A DNA stretch of 64,000 nt from Candidatus Thorarchaeota archaeon (GTDB lineage: Archaea; Asgardarchaeota; Thorarchaeia; Thorarchaeales; Thorarchaeaceae): assembly GCA_016840685.1 (NCBI GenBank), contig JAEORX010000002.1, positions 28,852 to 92,851 of the forward strand, written 5' to 3'. A model generated the notes under the pieces. It had not been told where the DNA came from, made no database searches, and saw only the letters and a program-made list of their open reading frames with translations. A program made the translations under genes and the position numbers. Every line of letters starts with the position of its first letter. The first letter of the stretch is position 1. Shown here one piece after another: positions 18,401-26,118 of the stretch.

Positions 18401-19250
18401 TCAAAACAGTGTCAGTGAATTAATCGTTGTTGTCAGAGGAAGTGTTGCAGCTGCAAAATTAAGGGAGTTAATGGACTCGTCAGAGGAGTTCAATGATGTT
18501 AGCGTGGTATCAGCATTTCCAAGGTCTCTAGATTCTATAACTGAAGGTCTAACAAATGATTCAAATTTGTCACAAGACTCATCGATTCAAACACAATTGA
18601 ATGAGAACACTGAACCGAGTGAACAGATTGGATTAATTGGTGCAATGCATGATGTGGGATCTGCAACAAGCCGAGCTATCCAGATTCGTTTATGGTTTGG
18701 GCTAATTCAAGACTTAGTTGACATATCTAATGGTCAGGTCAAATGGGAGGAGCTCTTAGAGTTTATAGAAACCACATCTTTACAGTCATTGAAAAGGAGA
18801 TCTGCTCCTCTAAGCATAGAAGAAGGGAAACGAGCTCTAACAGAATTATTGGCTGATGAAGTTCTAATTGCGTTACGGGTCAGCGAGGATTCAAAATACT
18901 TAGATCTTTCTGAGGGGTTGTGGTTGGTAAATTCATCGGTTCTTAGGAATCTAAAAGAGAAAGCTGTAAACATTATAGAAGATGAATTGAAGAAACATCA
19001 TTCCAAAGTTTCGAAAAGTCATGGTTACTATGACCTTTGTGTTGAAGGCACCTCTTATGTCATATTTCCAAACCAACAGCAGTTGAACACACTCCTCCAT
19101 TTGCATAGTGATATAGCTTGTAGGACTTGTAAATCTACAAGGGTCGTTTGTGTTCTAACTGCATCAGAGTACCTTGAAGAGACTGAAACGACACCGATCA
19201 ATCTGATAGTTAGAACAATGGACGATAATATTTCAGCTCTGGTGACGTAG
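15459..19250 (+). CDS. Giant membrane-anchored HerA/FtsK/VirB4-superfamily ATPase with a long C-terminal extension
   Basis: 1263 aa. Two N-terminal TM helices. Walker A AILGATGTGKTT (~16836), Walker B HHVVVLEEASNL (~17485) and TRPNISSNILANTSTKIVFRL. About 450 C-terminal residues carry two winged-helix-like segments. GAGGA lies 9 nt upstream of the ATG. Confidence 0.8.
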   Translation: MPFYLSRREGTGFISHDVYRGPKSRVSLIWAIEIILVGLYLLVVYLLPLTGLSDQPVVPLKTLVELVLCFVPIITGLLLTINQIRFQSLVSSIEGSTLFVQLDDYIVGTCCLDIVSVSGSVYLDENGKPRYNESMLLAMRAGMHKSATMAFEAGVTDGEPFLRIFITAVGHDSELIKEILRREATRTEAILFSSLSNIELKLLEDHFLKNAILTHLECVQINTKDIVIDDKTQSVCLITLQGLPRTFPTQDTSQVGTFIATALGQGYTTSMTCIFSSSKPGKEKRTLENQWKSIQAKEKRKEESLKDHSAKKRLLTRYEEIQDKASWFDVTVYFKVNLPTNSNTKSVLDGVIGLVHSIWGGSDSIKLSHQKLSKRIVSRVLSRRHLKRQRVHIARLSSFVNTPIQQLPIIAPKRVPIFPVPAKELVDNELVIGETVFGNRRLSKVGLEIDWLKEHVAILGATGTGKTTIVKHLMAQLSMKTDVPWWIFDIKGSEYLSLIGNGDSDILVLKPGLDTSFVINLIDSEMVNDDNYAHSTFKILRELLNERGDSSELSPAMERLLRDSVMSLVETTDHDNSVQSLVRAVSMLASNDRIGNMTRDALLNRLEVLTREPLGSILGGGSDTVRFSDLLDKRVILDLSYVARIGGMDSARLLYNLVAKRIFDSAMKRGVSEGLHHVVVLEEASNLVPESYTRQSAADVTTGESMVMLQRATGQGVIVISTRPNISSNILANTSTKIVFRLPYDSQVGGRFLSLTSDQEQYLRTLKRGRALMSIPHTETFEIVTQRFPETAAVIGDTVSRDVGDPAPTPVNDLLDKDELTSDVDISKSDDDNEAQTLVFNRLDRLGGHVVAFLASEEWATEGEIRNLIAVLDSNAVDDDISEVIRNLVSLGSVERESLALVDGGYLFALPGKALDAVRRVIVEYISGRLGVECNPSANSSTLDWPDIVLEDKAVIVIPEHLRASSMLVALDKIRKQMNKLQNSVSELIVVVRGSVAAAKLRELMDSSEEFNDVSVVSAFPRSLDSITEGLTNDSNLSQDSSIQTQLNENTEPSEQIGLIGAMHDVGSATSRAIQIRLWFGLIQDLVDISNGQVKWEELLEFIETTSLQSLKRRSAPLSIEEGKRALTELLADEVLIALRVSEDSKYLDLSEGLWLVNSSVLRNLKEKAVNIIEDELKKHHSKVSKSHGYYDLCVEGTSYVIFPNQQQLNTLLHLHSDIACRTCKSTRVVCVLTASEYLEETETTPINLIVRTMDDNISALVT

Positions 19251-19251
19251 A

Positions 19252-20046
19252 CTAAGGTTGGATTCTTGTGCAGATGGTTGGTTCGTTTCGTAGTAAAGAT
19301 TTGAGACGAGCAGGAACTGTGAGATTGAAAATAGCTATGATTCTGTTTTTTCTAGCAATATCCAGGAGCTCACTAACTTTTTTGGCCATTCCGCCTGTAA
19401 CATCGGTGTTTGCCGAAGGTCCTGTTTTTGACAGAATCATTTCTTTGTTTTTCTGATTTATCAAAGGGATGTGTTTTGCTGATGGGTTTAATCTTGGGTT
19501 GTCGTCTAAAACTCCATCAACATCAGTTCCAATAAGTATGGTTTTCGCATTCATTTTTTCTGTAAGATACACTGCGATTGTGTCTCCGCTAAGAATAGCA
19601 GCTGTTTTTTCTTCGTCGAAGCAAACATCTCCATGAGTCACTACAACAAGTCCATTATCTAATGACTTTCTAATAATGTGAATTGGAAAGTTATGAATCA
19701 CACCCTTTTTCAATGTCACAGAACAAAAGGGAGGGATAGTTACTGTGAGAATACCTTCTTTATTCAAACTGGTTTCTACAGATAATGCTAACTCAGACAT
19801 ATTATGACGAATTGGTGGAATACCCTTCAAGAGTATGTCTTTGGGACTTTCAGGATTTGCATATCCATGTGAGTGAGCCGCTTGATGACCATGAGCGCCT
19901 CCGCCAAGTACGATGATTAGATCACCTTTATACTCCTTTAGCTCCTTGGCAATTCGGGTCAAGTTTTTGAAATTGATTCTTGGAGGGGAAGAGTCCTTGT
20001 AAGTTATTACAGACCCGCCCAATTTGACAATTGTAAGGGGTTTCAA
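19252..20046 (-). CDS. ipk: Isopentenyl phosphate kinase (amino-acid kinase fold)
   Basis: IVKLGGSVITYKD, LGGGAHGHQAAH, VTHGDV. 264 aa. Confidence 0.8.
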   Translation of the reverse strand: MKPLTIVKLGGSVITYKDSSPPRINFKNLTRIAKELKEYKGDLIIVLGGGAHGHQAAHSHGYANPESPKDILLKGIPPIRHNMSELALSVETSLNKEGILTVTIPPFCSVTLKKGVIHNFPIHIIRKSLDNGLVVVTHGDVCFDEEKTAAILSGDTIAVYLTEKMNAKTILIGTDVDGVLDDNPRLNPSAKHIPLINQKNKEMILSKTGPSANTDVTGGMAKKVSELLDIARKNRIIAIFNLTVPARLKSLLRNEPTICTRIQP

Positions 20047-20190
20047 TTATGCCACATATATTCATGGAGTGCATTATGCTTATGGACGTTGCTTTCTGCA
20101 TGTGCGGATTCTGTCAAACACAAGACAAGCTTTTTATCCAGTTCGGATTTGGAAACTTTGGACACCTCACTCGACACGAGGGATTCTTAG

Positions 20191-20502
20191 ATGACTCAAA
20201 GAGCAAGAATCAGATTATCTAGCACAAGTACAGAACACTTGGATGGTGTGTGTAATCAAATTAAGAGAATTACTCGTAAGACCGGTGTTCGAATGGCTGG
20301 TCCAATTCCTTTGCCTACTCGTAGAATGGTGATACCTACGAGAAAGACTCCCTGTGGTCAGGGATCCGAGTCATGGGACAAATGGGAGATGAGAGTTCAC
20401 AAGCGATTGATTGACATTGATGCTGATGAAAGAGCCATCCGCCAAATAATGCGCGTACGAATTCCTGATTCTGTATATATAGAAATTGAATTGACCGGGT
20501 GA
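20191..20502 (+). CDS. rps10: 30S ribosomal protein S10 (uS10)
   Basis: [38 protein letters not shown]. Confidence 0.95.
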   Translation: MTQRARIRLSSTSTEHLDGVCNQIKRITRKTGVRMAGPIPLPTRRMVIPTRKTPCGQGSESWDKWEMRVHKRLIDIDADERAIRQIMRVRIPDSVYIEIELTG

Positions 20503-20611
20503 CTGTCACATAATCAATCATTTCGTCGTTAGTTGTACAATTGTGACCTGATACAAACCCTTTTTGCACAATTCTACGAGGGAGTTCTACTACTCATGAG
20601 GTTTCTCAGAG

Positions 20612-22435
20612 ATGTGTGGAATAATTGCTGTAGTTCAAGAACGCGGTGATGTCGCACCTTTCCTACACCAAGCGTTGAAACGTCTTGAATATCGTGGTTA
20701 TGATTCGGTAGGAGTAACTACTATTGCGAATAATAAGATGTATACCAAGAAGGATAAGGGAAAGATAGAGGAAGTTCACAGACGTCTAAATCTTGATGAG
20801 ATGCCAGGACTGATAGGAATCGGTCACACTAGATGGGCAACTCATGGTGCACCATCTATGTCAAATGCACACCCTCACTTTGATTGTGAAAATAAGATTG
20901 CTGTTGTACACAATGGGGTAATTGATAATTTTATGGAACTCAGAAAAAATCTTTCCGAGAAAGGACATAAGTTCAATTCAGAAACAGATACTGAAGTCAT
21001 TCCACATATGATTGAAGACTTGATGAAAGAGGGATTAAATCTAGTAGAATCTATCAAGGAAGTTACAAAGAGAATCGAAGGTACATATGCTATTGTAGCT
21101 ATGTCGACTAAAGAAAATGACAAGATTGTTTGCACGCGTGATGGAAACCCTCTTGTTATTGGTACAAAGTCTGGGGCTTCATACGTGTCTTCTGATATTC
21201 CTGCATTTCTACCGATCACTAATGATATGATTCTCTTACTTGATGGAGAGATAGCAAGTCTAACGAACCAGGGTATCCATATTGAGAGATTGTCTGATGG
21301 AGAAATAGTTAGCAGAGATTCCATAAAGATAAGCTGGACTGCAGACCAAGCACAGAAAAGCGGATATCCCCATTTCATGTTGAAAGAGATACATGAACAG
21401 CCTGATGCTATTAGAAAAACACTCAGACTTCGGTCAGAAACTATTGAAACCGCGGCTCGACTGATAAGGGAAGCCGAGAATGTCTATATTTTAGCAATGG
21501 GCACATCTGGACATGCTGCAAAAGCTGGAAGACATATGTTTGCGTCTCTTTCAGGTATTCTTCCATCCTTCGAACTAGCGAGTGATTTTCAAGATACGGT
21601 TTATGGATCGTTGTCAGAACGAGATTGTATTATTGCTATTACACAATCAGGTGAAACTACAGACACTATCACTGCCGTCAAATATGCAAAGCATTATGGT
21701 GCAAAGATAATAGCGATTACGAATGTTGTTGGGAGCTCGATAACACGTCTTGCAGATCACACAGTTTTAACTCAAGCCGGACCAGAGATAGGTGTTGCTG
21801 CGACTAAGACCTTCATGGTTCAACTAACTTCTCTGGCTTTGATTGCCTTGGCATTGGGAGAAATGACGGGATTCAAAGAAAGCGAAGAAATTGTAAAGAA
21901 ACGTAGCTCCTTGGAGAAATTACCTGAACTCGTATCTGAGGTGATTTCAAGAAATGAAGAACGGGCAAGGAAACTCGCCTCAATTCTTTATGAGAAGCCA
22001 AGTCTCCTTTTTTTGGGGCGAGGTGTTTCTATGGCTACCGCTGAAGAAGGTGCATTAAAACTCAAAGAGATTGCATACAATCATGCAGAAGCATATTCGG
22101 CTGGTGAGTCAAAACATGGACCTATAGCACTTGTCCAAGATGGTTATCCGGTTATCTTTGTTGTTCCCTCAGATGAAACAAGAAATCGTATTATTGGTAA
22201 TATAATGGAGATGAAGGCTAGGGGTGCTACTATTATTTCTGTGACTCAAAAAGAAGATGTTGAGATAACGGAACTGTCGGACTATGTGTTTACAGTTCCA
22301 GAGATAACAGAAGCAGAGTTCTCGGTAATGCCCTACGTTGTTCCACTACAGCTATTTAGTTACTATATGGCTCTGAGAAATGGATACGACCCTGACAAGC
22401 CGAGAAATCTTGCAAAATCAGTCACGGTTCTTTAG
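20612..22435 (+). CDS. glmS: Glutamine--fructose-6-phosphate aminotransferase
   Basis: N-terminal MCGI nucleophile, two SIS domains and C-terminal KSVTV. 607 aa. Confidence 0.95.
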   Translation: MCGIIAVVQERGDVAPFLHQALKRLEYRGYDSVGVTTIANNKMYTKKDKGKIEEVHRRLNLDEMPGLIGIGHTRWATHGAPSMSNAHPHFDCENKIAVVHNGVIDNFMELRKNLSEKGHKFNSETDTEVIPHMIEDLMKEGLNLVESIKEVTKRIEGTYAIVAMSTKENDKIVCTRDGNPLVIGTKSGASYVSSDIPAFLPITNDMILLLDGEIASLTNQGIHIERLSDGEIVSRDSIKISWTADQAQKSGYPHFMLKEIHEQPDAIRKTLRLRSETIETAARLIREAENVYILAMGTSGHAAKAGRHMFASLSGILPSFELASDFQDTVYGSLSERDCIIAITQSGETTDTITAVKYAKHYGAKIIAITNVVGSSITRLADHTVLTQAGPEIGVAATKTFMVQLTSLALIALALGEMTGFKESEEIVKKRSSLEKLPELVSEVISRNEERARKLASILYEKPSLLFLGRGVSMATAEEGALKLKEIAYNHAEAYSAGESKHGPIALVQDGYPVIFVVPSDETRNRIIGNIMEMKARGATIISVTQKEDVEITELSDYVFTVPEITEAEFSVMPYVVPLQLFSYYMALRNGYDPDKPRNLAKSVTVL

Positions 22436-22468
22436 GTCTTTAAATCGGACTGAGCATTAGAGAATTAT

Positions 22469-22723
22469 GTGAGATCAATGGGATTATCAATTCTTAGTCC
22501 ACTGAATGATTTTGCAAACCTGATAGCAGGGTATTTTATGGAAATCTGGGATTTCCTGATTTTTATAGGCAATATTTCAGCATTCGTAGTTGTACTAGTG
22601 GGGGCAATTTTGTGGTTTACAGGTGTTAATGACAAGAAAGGTAAGGGGTTGGTTCTGAGTGGGATTCTTCTAGCAATTATTATCCAGTATTTTGTCTTCT
22701 ATCCTCCCTCATTTACACTATAG
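22469..22723 (+). CDS. Small membrane protein, 2 TM helices
   Basis: 84 aa with two clear hydrophobic helices. No family recognised. Confidence 0.4.
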   Translation: MRSMGLSILSPLNDFANLIAGYFMEIWDFLIFIGNISAFVVVLVGAILWFTGVNDKKGKGLVLSGILLAIIIQYFVFYPPSFTL

Positions 22724-23932
22724 AAAATCCTTCGTTATGACTTGAAGTGTATCTGCAAGTCGATCTATGTCTTCTAGTGTGTTGTAAGCATGAATCGAGG
22801 CTTGGATTATTCCATCGTCTGATAGTGATTGAACAAGAGTGTGTGCACAGAGAACTCCACTTCTAACAGCTATGTTTGATTCGTCAAGAAATAGAGACAC
22901 GTCGTGGCAGTTGATTCCGCTTTCCGGATTAAGATTAAAGCCAAAAATAGTGTTTTTGTCATCTGGTTCACCATAGAGTAAGATAGTATCTATCTCTGAT
23001 AGTTTCTGAACTAAGTATTTTGAGAGAGTTTTGATGTGCTTGAAAAGTCCTTGAGCGTATAATTCTGTTAGATACTTAAGAGATGTGTCTAGGCCAGCAA
23101 TTGCTGGAATATTCAGGTAGCCTGATTCAAACTTATCCGGCTGTAGTGCAATCTCGAAGTGATTATTCTCGATGTTGGTGACTGAGGACCCTCCTAGAAT
23201 TCCAGGTTTATGGATTTCACCAACTGATTTATCAATCCATTGGATAGCCAGCCCTGGGGGGCCCATCAAGCCTATGTTGGCTGACAGAATCAATAAATCA
23301 GACCCAAGTGATGTCAATGGTTCATCAGTAAGTCCTGCCGAACGGGTTGCATCAGTCAAAAGAAGTGAATTATATTGATGTGCGATTTCAGAAATAGTAT
23401 GTATGGGATTATGTGTTCCAAGTCCTGGTGACACATGACTGATCGCTACTAAGCCTGTATTATCGTCCATTCTTTTTTCTAGTTCGTCAATTATCAGGTT
23501 TCCTTTGTTATCAATTGGAGAAATCTCTACATCTAGTCCCAATACATTTGCTGCTCGGAGTATTGAAACGAGAATCGAGTTTTCTTCTCCCTGTCCAACC
23601 ACGATCTTGCTCTTCCTATTGGCTTTCCAGTCGAATCCATACACGAAAGATGCAACTGCAGTAGGAATCGACTTTTGGAAGGATATCTGAGATTTTTCGG
23701 TTTGGAGAAATGTGGCCAGAGACTTTCTGGTGTCTTCAACAATTATACCACCTTTCACAGCAAGACTATGAGCTCCACGACGTGTTGAAACCACAACAGA
23801 ATTGAGAAAATGTGTTATTGTATCTATAGCTGGACGTGGGACTAGTGTGGTACTTGCAGAATCGAAATACGCTAAGTCAGGGATGTTATCATATACACCA
23901 AAGTTGTGTTTTATATCAAGTTCAGTGGGCAT
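22718..23932 (-). CDS. Class V aminotransferase / cysteine desulfurase-like protein lacking the PLP-binding lysine
   Basis: YFDSASTTLVP, AISHVSPGLGT, LLTDATRSAG and RSGVLCAH match the SufS/CsdA layout. The S-G-H-K segment reads LSANIGLMGPPG. Confidence 0.85.
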   Translation of the reverse strand: MPTELDIKHNFGVYDNIPDLAYFDSASTTLVPRPAIDTITHFLNSVVVSTRRGAHSLAVKGGIIVEDTRKSLATFLQTEKSQISFQKSIPTAVASFVYGFDWKANRKSKIVVGQGEENSILVSILRAANVLGLDVEISPIDNKGNLIIDELEKRMDDNTGLVAISHVSPGLGTHNPIHTISEIAHQYNSLLLTDATRSAGLTDEPLTSLGSDLLILSANIGLMGPPGLAIQWIDKSVGEIHKPGILGGSSVTNIENNHFEIALQPDKFESGYLNIPAIAGLDTSLKYLTELYAQGLFKHIKTLSKYLVQKLSEIDTILLYGEPDDKNTIFGFNLNPESGINCHDVSLFLDESNIAVRSGVLCAHTLVQSLSDDGIIQASIHAYNTLEDIDRLADTLQVITKDFL

Positions 23933-23952
23933 GGATAGTATTCATGAGATAA

Positions 23953-24993
23953 GTGACTTTAATACCATGTCATACACTAGGGGCAATGATTTTGGTGACC
24001 AAGAAGCTTGTAGAGGGTTATTTTGTTATTACTACAGATGAACTCATCTTTGAAGTTAAGGGTATAATTCATCCAAGAAATCGAATAATTGCTTACCTTC
24101 GATATGCACCAGCTACAAATGAAAGACATCATTCAAATATTGATTACAGAAAAATCTATGCGCTGGATGAAAGAGAAGATTTTCTACGGAATAGATATCC
24201 ATCGTATCTCTGGTTCAGTGAAACTCACGGTAGAATTATGCAATCAGTTCCCAAAGACAAAATTAAATCGGTATATAATCCAGTGGAATATCTAGCTAGC
24301 CTTCGGACACAGACTGAAACAGCTACCAAGCTGGGGCGTGCATCAGTGAAACTATCTGAAAAACTGGTGGAAGTGACTGATATTGACTGGTCGGATATTG
24401 GTATTACAGGGTCTCAGCTTGTAGGAACTGAAAGGGAAGACTCAGACATAGACTTGGTAGTTTACGGATTTGAAGCCTGTAGACGATTTTATTCAGAATT
24501 AGCAAAGAATATAAAATCTATCAAAGGAGTAGAACGTTATTCCGGGTTTCTGTTGGATGAGCATGTAAACTTCAGATGGGGTAAACATAATGATTTGAGG
24601 AATACTCTCAAAGAGATTGAGAGAAAGAAGGTGTTACAGGGTTTGTTTGAGGGCTATCACTTCTTTGTGAGATTGGTCCGGAATCCAAATGATCTTGATT
24701 TTGCCTATGGTGATGTTTCATTTCAAGAAAAAGGACAAAGATTAGTGTCAGGCAAGATTGTTAATGATAGTGAGTCTATATTCACACCTTGTGAATATGT
24801 GGTAGAGTGTGTTAATCCAATCAATCTTAGAAAGCTTGTCAGTTATCGAGGACGATTCACAGAACAGGTTTCAAATGGTATGGATTTCGAGGCAAAAGGA
24901 AGGCTTGAAACGGTTATAGATCATAAAAAGAATCTGCAGTATTTCCAATTGGTTTTGGGAGAAAGTCCTACTGATTATCTGATTCCAAAGTAG
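23953..24993 (+). CDS. Predicted nucleotidyltransferase (Pol-beta superfamily)
   Basis: GITGSQLVGTEREDSDIDLVVYG is the NTase G-S..D-x-D motif. 346 aa. Divergent from the desulfurase-like gene. Confidence 0.55.
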   Translation: MTLIPCHTLGAMILVTKKLVEGYFVITTDELIFEVKGIIHPRNRIIAYLRYAPATNERHHSNIDYRKIYALDEREDFLRNRYPSYLWFSETHGRIMQSVPKDKIKSVYNPVEYLASLRTQTETATKLGRASVKLSEKLVEVTDIDWSDIGITGSQLVGTEREDSDIDLVVYGFEACRRFYSELAKNIKSIKGVERYSGFLLDEHVNFRWGKHNDLRNTLKEIERKKVLQGLFEGYHFFVRLVRNPNDLDFAYGDVSFQEKGQRLVSGKIVNDSESIFTPCEYVVECVNPINLRKLVSYRGRFTEQVSNGMDFEAKGRLETVIDHKKNLQYFQLVLGESPTDYLIPK

Positions 24994-25027
24994 TAACTGA
25001 GCTTTGCAAGTCATTCATATTTACATC

Positions 25028-25444
25028 AATTCACACTATGTTTGTGTGAATGGCGCCTTAATTGTGAATGCTCTACAGGAAAAAGACTTCTTATTGCTTT
25101 AATACTAGAACAGAGATAGTATATGTTTCAAGATACCTGTGAATAGACACACCCCTTCGTTTCCTATGGAAACAAGTAAAAAGACATATGAAATGCTCTC
25201 GCATTCATTCACAAGATGGATAAATTAGTGAATGATAAAATGACTGGAGAATATCTTTTTTTCAAAGAAAAAAGACTTCATATTGCTTCTTTGTTGGTAA
25301 AAAGACTTGACAGGACGTCAGCACAATAAAAACGGAGCGGACGAGCTCTATACGTGTATCTATACACTATGTAGCTCTTATCTCGGTATAGATAATTCAC
25401 ATACTCACACTTATTTGGAGTTTCATTCTACATGAATGTGAATA
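25028..25444. repeat. Iteron-like cluster: 8 copies of TGTGAAT(G/A/T) in both orientations, plus AAAAGAC(T/A)T direct repeats
   Basis: TGTGAAT-type copies at 25028(-), 25045, 25063, 25138, 25206(-), 25227 (AGTGAATG), 25394(-) and 25437. AAAAGACTTC(T/A)TATTGCTT at 25081 and 25270, with shorter AAAAGAC copies at 25178 and 25300. Confidence 0.7.
25150..25173 (-). promoter_or_regulatory. ORB-like element with G-string (candidate Orc1/Cdc6 binding site)
   Basis: Minus strand reads GTTTCCATAGGAAACGAAGGGGTG. This is close to the Aeropyrum/Sulfolobus ORB pattern TCCA(C/G)(A/T)GGAAAC-N3-GGGG. Confidence 0.55.
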
Positions 25445-25469
25445 GTTAAAGAAATAGGAGTAGCCTTGT

Positions 25470-26099
25470 GTGACCAGTGAAGATAGGACTAACTATGTGT
25501 ATGAGTTCACATACAGTTCAGCACCAGGTCTTCGTGAGATATTCCAATGTAAATATGTCAAACCAGATGAAGCACTTAATAGGTTTAGGAAAATCTTAGC
25601 ACTGACTGAATCTCCTTTTGACTTCAAGATAATTGTATCTGATGAAACAATGGGAGAAGAGTCTAGTTTTCAGGTAAAGGGTGGAAGCATAGAAGAGATG
25701 TTTGTCAAATTTAAAGTCTTTCTAGAAACCAGTACAGGTTTCATCTTTAAACCAGTCAGTGAAGAGATTGAAGAGGTAGGAATTGAGGACACACGGTTTG
25801 AGTCTATGAGTAATTATGACAAGATGCAGTTGATAATCTATGCGTCTTTCAAACATGGAAAGTTTTCCTCACTTGATGTTACCGAGATCTATCAAGACTC
25901 ATTTAATGAAGATTTACCAAAGAGTACTGCATCCACTTACTTAGCCAGAATGTGGAACAATGGCAAAGGTCATCTAGAAAGATATGGAAATCGTTCTGGT
26001 TACACATATCGACTAAGGACTGAAATTGCAGAAGTTCAGAAAGAAACTGAACGAGCTGAAGAGCTATTGGCCGCAATACAGATGAGAGTCAGGGATTGA
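25470..26099 (+). CDS. Hypothetical protein with a C-terminal winged-helix DNA-binding domain
   Basis: 209 aa, GTG start. DKMQLIIYASF..LDVTEIYQ..KSTASTYLARMWNNGKGHLERYGNRSGYTYRL fits a helix-turn-helix plus wing. Confidence 0.55.
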   Translation: MTSEDRTNYVYEFTYSSAPGLREIFQCKYVKPDEALNRFRKILALTESPFDFKIIVSDETMGEESSFQVKGGSIEEMFVKFKVFLETSTGFIFKPVSEEIEEVGIEDTRFESMSNYDKMQLIIYASFKHGKFSSLDVTEIYQDSFNEDLPKSTASTYLARMWNNGKGHLERYGNRSGYTYRLRTEIAEVQKETERAEELLAAIQMRVRD

Positions 26100-26118
26100 A
26101 CTCAACTTCCTTTAGGTG

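Noticed and set aside
13103-19250. Integrated mobile element at tRNA-Glu
   Set aside because: No integrase, transposase or relaxase is present, and I could find no duplicated tRNA 3' fragment (att site) anywhere in the window.
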